Below are positions 50,084-59,495 of a stretch of DNA of 64,000 nucleotides, one piece after another. The translations under genes and the position numbers were made by a program. The first letter of the stretch is position 1, and the number at the start of each line of letters is the position of its first letter. Where the stretch lies: NCBI GenBank assembly GCA_963758495.1, contig CAVWVI010000001.1:321719-385718 (forward strand). Reading direction: 5' to 3'. A model generated the notes under the pieces. That model searched no databases and was not told the DNA's origin. It saw only the letters and a program-made list of their open reading frames with translations. This stretch comes from Oligoflexia bacterium (lineage in GTDB: Bacteria > Bdellovibrionota > UBA1018).

Positions 50084-52123
50084 TTATTGCATTTCTAAAT
50101 CAGGAGGAAGGTCAGGTGTGTGCATAGGAGCCAGGACGCGGGGGTGCAAACCATCTGGCTGTTGTTGAGACGGTTTCCCAAACCAAGACCCCACCCATGA
50201 CTTAATTGCAGTCCATTTGTCATAGACAATATATCCGGCCAAGATGGCAGAGGTCCCCGCCCCTACTACGGTGCCCGTCTTCCATCCATTCCAAGAACTA
50301 TGACTACTAGAACCTGATCCGGAATTTGATAGGATCGAGTTGCTACCGTGAGTATGGTTATTCGGAACAACCTGAATTTCCGCCATCATACCATTGTCTT
50401 CATGTCCCAGAATGTGACAGTGATAAACAAATTTTCCAATGTCTGGACCTCGAAAGTCCATGCGCACTTTTACACTCGGATAGGGATCTGAACTATTCCC
50501 GCTCCAATAGGGAACTTGAATCGTGTCCAAATATTGCTGCTCCTCGGGGGCAACCGGAATGCCGTTTTTTTCGAGGACGAGGAAATGAATCTGATGAATG
50601 TGAAAAACATGCATCTCTTGGGCTTGATTCTCAATCACCCAATCTTCTACTGTTCCCTGCGTAGCAGTAATGGCTGGAGCCATACCTGAGCTATAGAGAG
50701 CCGGAGTTTGACCGTCTACTGTAATATAGAAATTGGTTGGACTCGCCGGATCGGAAGGGTCTTGCAATAGCTCGGAGAAATACAGTGTTCGATTCGTCGC
50801 CACTGTTTCATTTCTCAATCCATGAAACCGTTGAGGTCCCCTCGATCCTGAAGCTGTCGGCATAGTCAACGCCGGCTCAGTTGCATTTGCACTCGTCTGA
50901 ATCGCAGCAATAGGTCTGTAAGGATCATAATCGCCATCAGGACCCGTATCCACATTCAAAGTCACAAAGGTAGCACTCGTAACATTGGACGAAGGTCCCG
51001 TTACGATGAATTCGGCGCGTGCCAGAGGACCTAATGGAATATGGGTTTGACTGAAAGTTGTACCCATTCCCGTACCATCCTGAGATCCAGTTGGAACACC
51101 ATCCAGTGCAACCACTTCCAAAGGCTGTGGAACACCATCATACAAAATTTGGATGTCGAAATTAGTATCTGCCCCCTCGTTAGCCACTCTCCAAAACTGC
51201 CTTTCCTGCGGCTTCATAGGGAGAATCACAGGGTTGTAGTTTGGATAAGGAATCGGAATGTAATTGAGTGATATATCCCAAGCAGGTGCAGAAGGAGTGG
51301 TTGTATTTCCAGGAACTAGATTGTCACGAAGGATTAAAACCCTCTCCGGCAATCCAGCAACTGTGGGCTGACTATTTTCTATCCCCTGGACCACAATTGC
51401 ACCTGACGCACCTCCTTGGAGAGCTGCTTCAGACTGGCCATGGACGTGGTCGTGATACGCATAAAGCCCAGGAGGCAGATCTTTCGGTATCGTAAATCCA
51501 TAAGTAAAGGTCTGCCCTGTGTTGACCAGCGTCGAAACGACATTGTCCTTGTGGCAAGTGGGAGCAATGTTCATTCCATGAAAATGAATATTGGCCGACG
51601 ATGAATCCATTGACGTTGCTGTTCCGCAGTCATGGGGATTTGACATATTCAGCGGCATAGGCGGAATTGAAGGATCAGTAGGCACTTCATTAGTGAGAGT
51701 AATAAAAAGTTGATCGCCCGGCTTGACATGAAGAACCGGAGCCTGTTGCCCATCTGGAGTCATATAACAATAAAGCGTATTTCCAAACTCATCTGTCCGA
51801 GTTTGATAGGCAAAGCTGACGCTTAAGAGGCCAGCACTACTAAACAGATTCTGGGGCTCAACGAGAGTGCTTCCTACAGGAAATCGCGGACAGGGTAAGA
51901 AAGGAACCGAAGACGATGTTTGTTGTGCTGTCACCGTCTGGAGTGGATCGCCTACAAGAGCCGTAAGAAGTGATAAAGTTCTCAATGGCCATGAAAGCAA
52001 CGACCGTGGTTTGCCTGTTCCATCAGCCCAAGTCATGCTGGATATCAGGAGTTGAGAAATAATAATCAATACAGTGAGGCGCTTCATCATTTTAATTATC
52101 CCGTTAATTATCCCGTTCATCAT
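50084..52123 (-). CDS. Multicopper oxidase
   Basis: Copper-binding motifs HFHGMNI, HDHVHG and HCHILGHEDNGMMAEI; a signal peptide. Confidence 0.85.
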   Translation of the reverse strand: MMNGIINGIIKMMKRLTVLIIISQLLISSMTWADGTGKPRSLLSWPLRTLSLLTALVGDPLQTVTAQQTSSSVPFLPCPRFPVGSTLVEPQNLFSSAGLLSVSFAYQTRTDEFGNTLYCYMTPDGQQAPVLHVKPGDQLFITLTNEVPTDPSIPPMPLNMSNPHDCGTATSMDSSSANIHFHGMNIAPTCHKDNVVSTLVNTGQTFTYGFTIPKDLPPGLYAYHDHVHGQSEAALQGGASGAIVVQGIENSQPTVAGLPERVLILRDNLVPGNTTTPSAPAWDISLNYIPIPYPNYNPVILPMKPQERQFWRVANEGADTNFDIQILYDGVPQPLEVVALDGVPTGSQDGTGMGTTFSQTHIPLGPLARAEFIVTGPSSNVTSATFVTLNVDTGPDGDYDPYRPIAAIQTSANATEPALTMPTASGSRGPQRFHGLRNETVATNRTLYFSELLQDPSDPASPTNFYITVDGQTPALYSSGMAPAITATQGTVEDWVIENQAQEMHVFHIHQIHFLVLEKNGIPVAPEEQQYLDTIQVPYWSGNSSDPYPSVKVRMDFRGPDIGKFVYHCHILGHEDNGMMAEIQVVPNNHTHGSNSILSNSGSGSSSHSSWNGWKTGTVVGAGTSAILAGYIVYDKWTAIKSWVGSWFGKPSQQQPDGLHPRVLAPMHTPDLPPDLEMQ

Positions 52124-52242
52124 CCCATTAAAAATGCCGTAAAATAGGATTCATTCATTTTAATGACACTGCGCCTTGTAACCACTATAGACTTAGCGTG
52201 TCAAGTCTTTTGGATTTATAATTTTTGAGCGGAAGTCTCCCT

Positions 52243-52791
52243 CTAGACTTCGACATCAAGACGGGCTCGCATATTCTGACCACAGCCTGAGCAAAGAATA
52301 CTCATTTCTGACTGAAGGCTGCTGTCCAGGTAAGGGCCGAATTGAGATTTCTTTTTGCAGAAAGTACAATAGCCATCCACAGTGTAGAAAGTCACTGTCT
52401 CTCCCAAAAACTTCGTAAAGAGGGGTGCAAAGCTGAAAAGCAGAGCAAGCCATGCAGGCACGATGATAAACAAGATAGGATGAATAAACAATCCAAGCAA
52501 TGAACACGCAAAGAGTGTCCCTATAATTTTAAAACTACGATTCCAAGCCCGTCTTCTCCGCTCTCGATCCGTCCAGCGCTTGATCATCATTTTCGCCGGA
52601 TATTCCTTTCGAGCGTTATCTAAAATCACTACTGAGATGACTTCTGCACCGTTACTTTGTTTCTTGATCTTCTCCAATTGTTGATCCGTCATATAGGCAA
52701 TGAGCTCACCGTAAGTTGCATCAGGCGAAAGCGTATGTGCGAGAAGTCCCTTAAGCTCTTTGATCTTTTCCGCCAAAGTGCCTTCGAGCAC
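52243..52791 (-). CDS. Hypothetical membrane protein with a C-terminal zinc-ribbon (CxxC...CxxC)
   Basis: Two TM segments followed by CTFCKK...CSGCG. Confidence 0.4.
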   Translation of the reverse strand: MLEGTLAEKIKELKGLLAHTLSPDATYGELIAYMTDQQLEKIKKQSNGAEVISVVILDNARKEYPAKMMIKRWTDRERRRRAWNRSFKIIGTLFACSLLGLFIHPILFIIVPAWLALLFSFAPLFTKFLGETVTFYTVDGYCTFCKKKSQFGPYLDSSLQSEMSILCSGCGQNMRARLDVEV

Positions 52792-52959
52792 GAGTTTGAG
52801 TTCAACTTTTTCAGCAGAAACTGGCCTCTCTTTTTCTTAGAGATAATTCATGTGGTAGCATTGACAGTACTAAAATAGCACATTTTGTCCTAAAGCACTC
52901 TTTACACGATGCGTTAAATCTAGTAAAAGCTTCTGCAGTGGCTGATTGCTCCGGAGATA

Positions 52960-53658
52960 TTGAGATCTATTATGAAATTTCGATTTTTGAAAAAGAGTCT
53001 CGTTCCGATACTCCTAGTGACACAGGTGTCAAATCTAGCATTCGCTGAATGTGATGCTGAAAGAAAAGTCGTTGCTGACCTCAACAGATTTACCCCGAGA
53101 AGAGAAGAAATCGAACGTGAATTTAACGAGGGTGTACAAGCCGTTCATCGCTTCATTGAAGAAGAAGGCCTGGACCCAGACAACGCAGAGGTGCGGAAAA
53201 AAACTAAACAACTCTTAGAGAAAACCAGGACTAACCGTGATGCAAGACTAGCGGCTCTTGAACAGGAAAGAACTCAGGAGTTGTCAAAGCCTATCGAGTC
53301 AGTCAACCCTGGTTTTTATCGCGCAGAGAGTGCTCCCGAGGTTTTTTGGATATGTGATGGGCAATACTGCCACGTTCCCAACGCGGATACGATGCAATGT
53401 TATGGCTGGAATCAGGTACAGTTAATCAACCAAGACAGACTCAATAGAATTTATGTAAATCGGTCAGAAGGTCCAAAAAAGAGGTACAGCGGATTTGTTA
53501 GGCAGAAAGACGGTTGCGAAGTCTATAAGGAGAAATGGGTTATAATGTGCTGTTTGGAGGAAGAGCTGATAACAGAAATGACCAATTGTTTGGCAGTGGA
53601 ACTACGGCATCAATCGGCGTTGCCTACCCATTTTGATCTAAAAGTAGATTCATCCTAA
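52960..53658 (+). CDS. Hypothetical secreted protein with a Cys-rich C-terminal half
   Basis: A signal peptide, with no recognisable family. Confidence 0.4.
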   Translation: MRSIMKFRFLKKSLVPILLVTQVSNLAFAECDAERKVVADLNRFTPRREEIEREFNEGVQAVHRFIEEEGLDPDNAEVRKKTKQLLEKTRTNRDARLAALEQERTQELSKPIESVNPGFYRAESAPEVFWICDGQYCHVPNADTMQCYGWNQVQLINQDRLNRIYVNRSEGPKKRYSGFVRQKDGCEVYKEKWVIMCCLEEELITEMTNCLAVELRHQSALPTHFDLKVDSS

Positions 53659-53666
53659 GTAGCTTT

Positions 53667-55310
53667 TCAAGCTCTCCGAGTTTTCAAACTCTCTGCGGTA
53701 GAAACATTCAGTGGAAGCTCTACGATAAAGGTCGTTCCTTTACCTACCTCACTCGCCACACTGATTGAACCATGATGCGCTTTGACAATCTGTTTGACAA
53801 TATAAAGCCCTAGACCAAGTCCTACTGTGCATTTATCCGCACCGGCTCTTTCAAACTTATTAAATAACTTTTGCTGCATATCAGAAGAGATCCCTTTACC
53901 ATGATCCACCACACTCAATTTCACACACCCCGTTTTGGGATTGCTCTCAACTAAAATCTCAATGGGTTTATTCTCACCATATTTAATGGCATTTGAAAGG
54001 AGGTTGCCAACAATCTGTTCAACTCGAATGCAATCCCAATGACCTATAACTGGAGAGTCTGCCTTGACAGAAAGTGGAACTCCTGCTTGAGTAAGTTCAG
54101 GCTGCTTTCTCTCGATTAAATCCCGAACAACGGAACTAAAATCCATATTCTCTTTATGTAACTCGAACCTTCCAATGCGAATTCGTGTCAAATCTAATAA
54201 TTCATCTAAGAGGGTACTGAGTTTCTTACTTTCATTTTCACAGGATTGAATTACTTTGATGTACTTATGTACTGATGAAATTTTATTAAATTTTGAACCT
54301 TGATCTACTTCATTTTTTTTTGGCTGCTGAAAAGCGATTCGACTGAGGAACTCTAATTGAAGTGTCAGTGACGTCAGGGGAGTTCTCAGCTCATGGGTTG
54401 CGATCGACAAAAACTCATCTCTTGTTTGAAGTGCTTCCCTGAGATCTGAGGTCCGTTCCTGAATCCGTTTCTCCAAAGACTCGTTAGCCAAACGAAGTTC
54501 ATCTTCCGCTTTTTTTCGTTCCGTCAGGTCCCTAACCACTTTTCCGAAGCCACACAGTTTACCAATGTCATCACGAAGCGCCGTAATCACTGTTCCTGCC
54601 CAAAACTCACTGCCGTCCTTACGAACATGCCAACCTTCTTCTTCATGACGGCCTGCAAGAACAGCAAGTTTAAGTTGATATTCTTGTTTTATACTTACTA
54701 TGTCATTCTTTGGGTGAAAAATAGAAATGTGCTCACCGATCACCTCATCTTCACAATACCCCAAAATTCGCTGAGCACCCGCGTTCCAACTCACGACTCT
54801 CCCCAATAGATCCACCATGAAAATTGCGTAGTCTGTCACTGAATCCACAAAGATTTTGAAGCTCTCTTCACTTTTCTTAATCGCACGCGCGAATTCGCGA
54901 CGTTGAAGTGAGGCCATTTGATGCTTGTGAAGCACCACTTCAATCATGGTATTGAGTTCAGCCTCTTCGAATGGCTTGAGAAGATACCCAAAAGGCTCTG
55001 CTATTTTTGCACGTTCAAGTGTATTTTCGTCCGAATAGGCCGAGAGAAAAATGATGGGGACATTGAACCATTCCCTAATTTTTTGCGCAGCTGAAACTCC
55101 ATCCATCATACCCTTGAGTTGGATATCCATCAAAATCAAATCCGGGCGCATTTCCTCAACTTTCTGAATAGCCTCTAACCCGTTATTTACCACCCCGACA
55201 ACAGTGTAACCTAAACGCAGTAATCCCCGATCTAGGTGTAAGGCAACAATATTTTCGTCCTCTACGATCAAGATCCTGGACTGAGGCTTAGGGGGACAAA
55301 GTCTACTCAT
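53667..55310 (-). CDS. Hybrid signalling protein: N-terminal response-regulator receiver, PAS, histidine kinase
   Basis: A REC domain (ILIVEDE...DLILMDIQL), PAS, the H-box HELRTPL, and HATPase_c. Confidence 0.8.
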   Translation of the reverse strand: MSRLCPPKPQSRILIVEDENIVALHLDRGLLRLGYTVVGVVNNGLEAIQKVEEMRPDLILMDIQLKGMMDGVSAAQKIREWFNVPIIFLSAYSDENTLERAKIAEPFGYLLKPFEEAELNTMIEVVLHKHQMASLQRREFARAIKKSEESFKIFVDSVTDYAIFMVDLLGRVVSWNAGAQRILGYCEDEVIGEHISIFHPKNDIVSIKQEYQLKLAVLAGRHEEEGWHVRKDGSEFWAGTVITALRDDIGKLCGFGKVVRDLTERKKAEDELRLANESLEKRIQERTSDLREALQTRDEFLSIATHELRTPLTSLTLQLEFLSRIAFQQPKKNEVDQGSKFNKISSVHKYIKVIQSCENESKKLSTLLDELLDLTRIRIGRFELHKENMDFSSVVRDLIERKQPELTQAGVPLSVKADSPVIGHWDCIRVEQIVGNLLSNAIKYGENKPIEILVESNPKTGCVKLSVVDHGKGISSDMQQKLFNKFERAGADKCTVGLGLGLYIVKQIVKAHHGSISVASEVGKGTTFIVELPLNVSTAESLKTRRA

Positions 55311-56374
55311 ACGGCTCCTTTAGTCTCTAAAAATGTAATGACAACCTCTGCACCCTGAGTGTTTTTTACCTGCATTTGACCATTGAGTTGACTTACAAGC
55401 GTGCGGACCAGTTGAAGACCGAAACTCTCAGTCTTTTTAAAATCAAAATCCTTTGGCAAACCAACGCCGTCATCTTTTATCCGAATGAGGACTTCATCCC
55501 TATGGGTCTTTTCAGTACTCACGGATATTTCTCCGGAGCGCCCCTGAGGAAAGGCATGTTTCAGACAGTTCGAGATCAATTCATTGACGATAAGTCCACT
55601 CGGTACCGCAGTTTCCACTCCGAAAAAAACTGGGGTTTTTCTAGATTTCAGGCGAATCTTACTTTCGTCTATACTGAACGAACGAAATAAAAGCTCCGCC
55701 AGACTCTCCATGTATTCCGAAAAATCGATTTGAAAAAAATCTCTCGCGCCGTAAAGCTTTTCGTGCACCAACGCCATCGCCTGAATCCGATTTTGACTTT
55801 CCTCAAATAATTCACGTGTGCGAAAATCTGAAATACAATGCGATTGCATCTTCAAGAGGCTGGAAGTGATTTGTAGATTGTTTTTCACTCGATGATGGAT
55901 TTCCTTAAGTAAGGTCTCTTTTTCTCTGAGCAAAGATTGAAGGTGTTCTTCTGCTTGCCTGCGATCAGTGATATCGCGAATCATACTAATAATAAGAACC
56001 CCCTGCTCGGTTTCAAGAGGACTCAAACTGATTTCTAAAGAAAACTCGGTACCATTCTTTCGCCTTCCGGTGAGTACCTGCCCTTTACCCATGCGATGAG
56101 TTTTTGGGTCATGCAAATAGCGCGCTCGATGCCCAACATGAACTGTACGGAGTCGTTCGGGAACAAGCATCTCAACTCTATTGCCAAGTAATTCATTTCG
56201 CGAAAAACCGAATAACTTTTCCGTAAGACAATTGATCATGACCATTCGTCCCGCGCTGTCGACGATCACCATGGCATCGGGAGCCGCCTCAATAAAAAGA
56301 CGAAATTTGGGATCAATCGCCGATGGGAGGTCTGCTTTCTCAACATATGATGGGCTCAAACTTACGTCCTTCAC
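55307..56374 (-). CDS. PAS sensor kinase with a HisKA_2 (HWE/HisKA_2-type) dimerisation domain
   Basis: HRVKNNLQ signature and a C-terminal ATPase region; 4-nt overlap with the downstream gene. Confidence 0.75.
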   Translation of the reverse strand: MKDVSLSPSYVEKADLPSAIDPKFRLFIEAAPDAMVIVDSAGRMVMINCLTEKLFGFSRNELLGNRVEMLVPERLRTVHVGHRARYLHDPKTHRMGKGQVLTGRRKNGTEFSLEISLSPLETEQGVLIISMIRDITDRRQAEEHLQSLLREKETLLKEIHHRVKNNLQITSSLLKMQSHCISDFRTRELFEESQNRIQAMALVHEKLYGARDFFQIDFSEYMESLAELLFRSFSIDESKIRLKSRKTPVFFGVETAVPSGLIVNELISNCLKHAFPQGRSGEISVSTEKTHRDEVLIRIKDDGVGLPKDFDFKKTESFGLQLVRTLVSQLNGQMQVKNTQGAEVVITFLETKGAV

Positions 56375-56618
56375 TTTCGCCTACCTTGCAGAGAGGAGGA
56401 TGGGGCTCACTCACGGTAGAGAGAGCAACCAAGAGAGAGAAATTTGAGTTTCCTATCTCTTGCTACACTGCATAATTAGTGATCTTTTCTCTTTTTAATG
56501 CCTAGTTCGTCAAGAGATTCCGGATTTACAATGGTTAATTTATATTAACTCATCGAACAATGAGAGCCCTTTGAGTAGCCGACACGGTAAACGAATCAGC
56601 CTTTTCTCCACAAGACTC

Positions 56619-56639
56619 TTCGGAAGTAGTTCCTCTAGG
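56619..56639 (+). repeat. Degenerate copy 3 of the 21-bp motif (GGAAGTAGTTCCTCTAGGCTT, 17/21)
   Basis: Aligned by eye to 7271 and 30343. Confidence 0.5.
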
Positions 56640-56733
56640 CTTACGATTCCTCTATGCAACGATCATGAGCGTGAAGGTTTTTGAGAACAAGCAGTACTCT
56701 CCGAGGAGCGATGCCATGAAAGCGAAATAGTTT

Positions 56734-57096
56734 TTAACTACTCTTGTCTGTTTCAATCGGCTGGCCTTGCGCAACTTTCTTCTTATTCGTATCTTTATAA
56801 AGATCAGCTTTTAGATCCACAAGGTCGTTGCGAAGACTCATAAGTGACTCTCGATCATCCCGAACTTGGGAAGAATCATTACCATATTGAGTCATATCTT
56901 TGTTCAATTTGGACTGTGCTGTAGTAATCTCGGCCATTTTGCTAGACACTTTGTCTTTGTCTTTTGCAATGTCCTTCTCGATTTTTTCAGTAGATTCTCG
57001 TTTGTCCATTGGGTCAGCCGCACTGACCGGACGGATGCTGAAGTTAGCAGTGAGTAAAAAAGTAGTCACCAAAAAACCATAATAAATTGCTTTCAT
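56734..57096 (-). CDS. Small secreted charged/coiled-coil protein
   Basis: A signal peptide followed by a KDE-rich region. Confidence 0.4.
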   Translation of the reverse strand: MKAIYYGFLVTTFLLTANFSIRPVSAADPMDKRESTEKIEKDIAKDKDKVSSKMAEITTAQSKLNKDMTQYGNDSSQVRDDRESLMSLRNDLVDLKADLYKDTNKKKVAQGQPIETDKSS

Positions 57097-57252
57097 AATT
57101 CCTCCTTCACCTACGCATCTCAGGTGATTTAACGAATGATTTAACGTATTTTAATTGCAAAAATCATTCTCAGTAAGCACTGTAAGGCTCTATCTAATAG
57201 ATTAATACTATCATACGATAAAGATAATCGATTTTACCTTTCATCATCTTTC

Positions 57253-57265
57253 ATTGATAATCAAT
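57253..57265. promoter_or_regulatory. Palindromic operator candidate ATTGAT-A-ATCAAT about 17 nt upstream of the ahpC start (Fur/PerR-family-like box)
   Basis: A perfect 6-1-6 inverted repeat resembling GATAAT-type Fur-family half-sites. Confidence 0.35.
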
Positions 57266-57281
57266 CGTAGAGGAAATTAAA

Positions 57282-57848
57282 ATGACAACACTGATCAATA
57301 GCAAAATTCAAGACTTCAAAGCTCAAGCTTATCACAAGGGAACGTTCAAAACCATTACCCAAAACGATCTCAAAGGAAAATGGTCCGTATTCTTTTTCTA
57401 TCCAGCCGACTTTACCTTTGTTTGCCCGACTGAACTCGGTGACATGGCGGACAAATATGATGCATTTCAGAAAATGGGAGTTGAAATCTATGCCGTGAGC
57501 ACAGACACTCAGTTCGTGCATAAAGCTTGGCATGATGCTTCTGAGACCATCAAGAAAATCAAATATCCGATGCTGGCCGATCCAACGGGTTTTCTCAGTC
57601 GTGCCTTCGGCGTATATATTGAAGAAGAAGGCCTAGCGTATCGCGGCACATTTGTGATTGACCCGGAAGGTAAGATCAAAATTGCTGAAACTCAAGACAA
57701 TGGAATCGGGCGAAACGCTGACGAATTACTTCGAAAGGTTCAGGCGGCCCAATTTGTCGCCACGCATCCAAACGAAGTTTGTCCTGCCAAATGGCGTCCA
57801 GGAGAACAGACACTCAAGCCAGGTCTTGATCTTATCGGTAAAATCTAA
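57282..57848 (+). CDS. ahpC: Peroxiredoxin AhpC
   Basis: FTFVCPTE peroxidatic Cys motif and a C-terminal resolving Cys region. Confidence 0.9.
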   Translation: MTTLINSKIQDFKAQAYHKGTFKTITQNDLKGKWSVFFFYPADFTFVCPTELGDMADKYDAFQKMGVEIYAVSTDTQFVHKAWHDASETIKKIKYPMLADPTGFLSRAFGVYIEEEGLAYRGTFVIDPEGKIKIAETQDNGIGRNADELLRKVQAAQFVATHPNEVCPAKWRPGEQTLKPGLDLIGKI

Positions 57849-57910
57849 CCCGTAAAAATAGGTTGGGACTCAGGGGAATACCCCTGGGTCCTATCAGAAA
57901 ATGAGGAGTT

Positions 57911-59467
57911 ATGTTTGATTCTGAAATGTTAGAACAACTGCAAAGCGTTTTTTCAAAGTTAGAAAATCCAGTTGTTTTACGAATCAACCGCTCTTCGCAT
58001 CCAGATCAAGCAAAATTACAGGAGATGCTCAAAGAACTCGCAGGAACTTCTAAGAACATCCTGCTGGAAGAGTCTTCAGAGGTGTCAGAGACACCCTACT
58101 TCATATTCATTTATAATGGAAAACCCAATGGTATTTCCTTTCGAGGAATTCCTGGTGGCCACGAATTTTCCTCGCTCGTATTGTCCATTCTATACAGCGA
58201 TGGCAAAGGAAAGCAACCCGACGTAGGCATTGCAAGCCGCATTCGAAACCTGAGGGGGCCCATTCGAATTAAAACTTATATTTCACTTTCTTGCGAAAAC
58301 TGTCCAGAGGTCATTCAGGCCCTCAATCTCATGACGACACTGCACGCAGATTTTCAACATGAAATGATTGATGGAGGAATCGCGCAGAATGAAATTGAAT
58401 CCTTGGGCATCCAGGGCGTTCCAAGCGTGGTGCTTGATGGAAAAATGATTCATTCCGGAAAAATTCAACTCCTCGATTTGCTCGGAAAGCTGGAGGGTAT
58501 CTTTGGCAAAACAAGTCCTAATATGTCTGGAAAGGAAGAGAATCTAGGTATTTTTGATGTCGCCGTTATCGGAGGAGGCCCCGCTGGAGCTTCAGCAGCG
58601 ATTTACAGCGCACGAAAAGGATTACGTACCGCACTGATAGCCGAAAAGTTCGGTGGACAACTCCAAGAAACGAAGGGGATAGAAAATATGATTTCAATCC
58701 CCTACACAGAGGGCGTTAAGCTCGCAGCTCAGTTAAGTCAGCATGTCTCAGCCTATCCCATTCAAGTATTAGAGTATCGAAGAGTGAGCAAAATCTCAGC
58801 AGATGCGCTCAAACGTATCCAACTCGAAAGTGGCGAATTTCTAGATGCGAAAGCGGTCATTATTGCAACCGGTGCGAAATGGCGAGAACTTGGAATTCCC
58901 GGAGAGAAAGAAAATATAGGACAAGGTGTGGCCTTTTGTGCGCACTGCGATGGCCCCTTTTATAAAGAAAAAAAAGTTGCAGTTGTGGGAGGCGGTAATT
59001 CTGGAGTTGAAGCGGCGATTGATCTAGCGGGTATCGCACGTGAAGTCATTCTACTCGAGTACTCCGATCAACTCAGAGCCGATAGAGTCCTGATTGAAAA
59101 ACTTAAAACCCTTTCCAATACCTCGATCGTAACTCATGCCAAGTCTACCCAGATCATAGGAGATGAGAAGAAGGTCGTGGGTCTTGAATACCTTGATCGT
59201 CGGACTGATCAACTTCAAAAGATCGATCTCGATGGCGTTTTTGTACAGATTGGACTTTTGCCCAATACACAGTTCGTTAAGGATTTGCTTGAACTCACCC
59301 GTTTTGGAGAGATTGTTGTGGATCCAAAAGGTCGCACGTCAGTTTCCGGAATTTACGCCGCAGGCGATGTAACGACAATTCCCTTTAAACAAATCGTAAC
59401 AGCCATGGGTGACGGAGCCAAAGTCGCACTTACAGCCTTCGAGGATCGAGTCCGAGCAACCCCATAA
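57911..59467 (+). CDS. ahpF: Alkyl hydroperoxide reductase subunit F
   Basis: An N-terminal CENC redox centre, FAD/NAD-binding GGGPAG, and CAHCDGP. Confidence 0.9.
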   Translation: MFDSEMLEQLQSVFSKLENPVVLRINRSSHPDQAKLQEMLKELAGTSKNILLEESSEVSETPYFIFIYNGKPNGISFRGIPGGHEFSSLVLSILYSDGKGKQPDVGIASRIRNLRGPIRIKTYISLSCENCPEVIQALNLMTTLHADFQHEMIDGGIAQNEIESLGIQGVPSVVLDGKMIHSGKIQLLDLLGKLEGIFGKTSPNMSGKEENLGIFDVAVIGGGPAGASAAIYSARKGLRTALIAEKFGGQLQETKGIENMISIPYTEGVKLAAQLSQHVSAYPIQVLEYRRVSKISADALKRIQLESGEFLDAKAVIIATGAKWRELGIPGEKENIGQGVAFCAHCDGPFYKEKKVAVVGGGNSGVEAAIDLAGIAREVILLEYSDQLRADRVLIEKLKTLSNTSIVTHAKSTQIIGDEKKVVGLEYLDRRTDQLQKIDLDGVFVQIGLLPNTQFVKDLLELTRFGEIVVDPKGRTSVSGIYAAGDVTTIPFKQIVTAMGDGAKVALTAFEDRVRATP

Positions 59468-59495
59468 AAGAGATAAAATAGGAGAAGAATCAAAG

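Noticed and set aside
50050-50095. Bidirectional terminator between the convergent arylsulfatase and multicopper oxidase genes
   Set aside because: Only a weak 5-bp stem (GAAGC...GCTTC) without a clear U-tract was found, so it is not reported as a feature.
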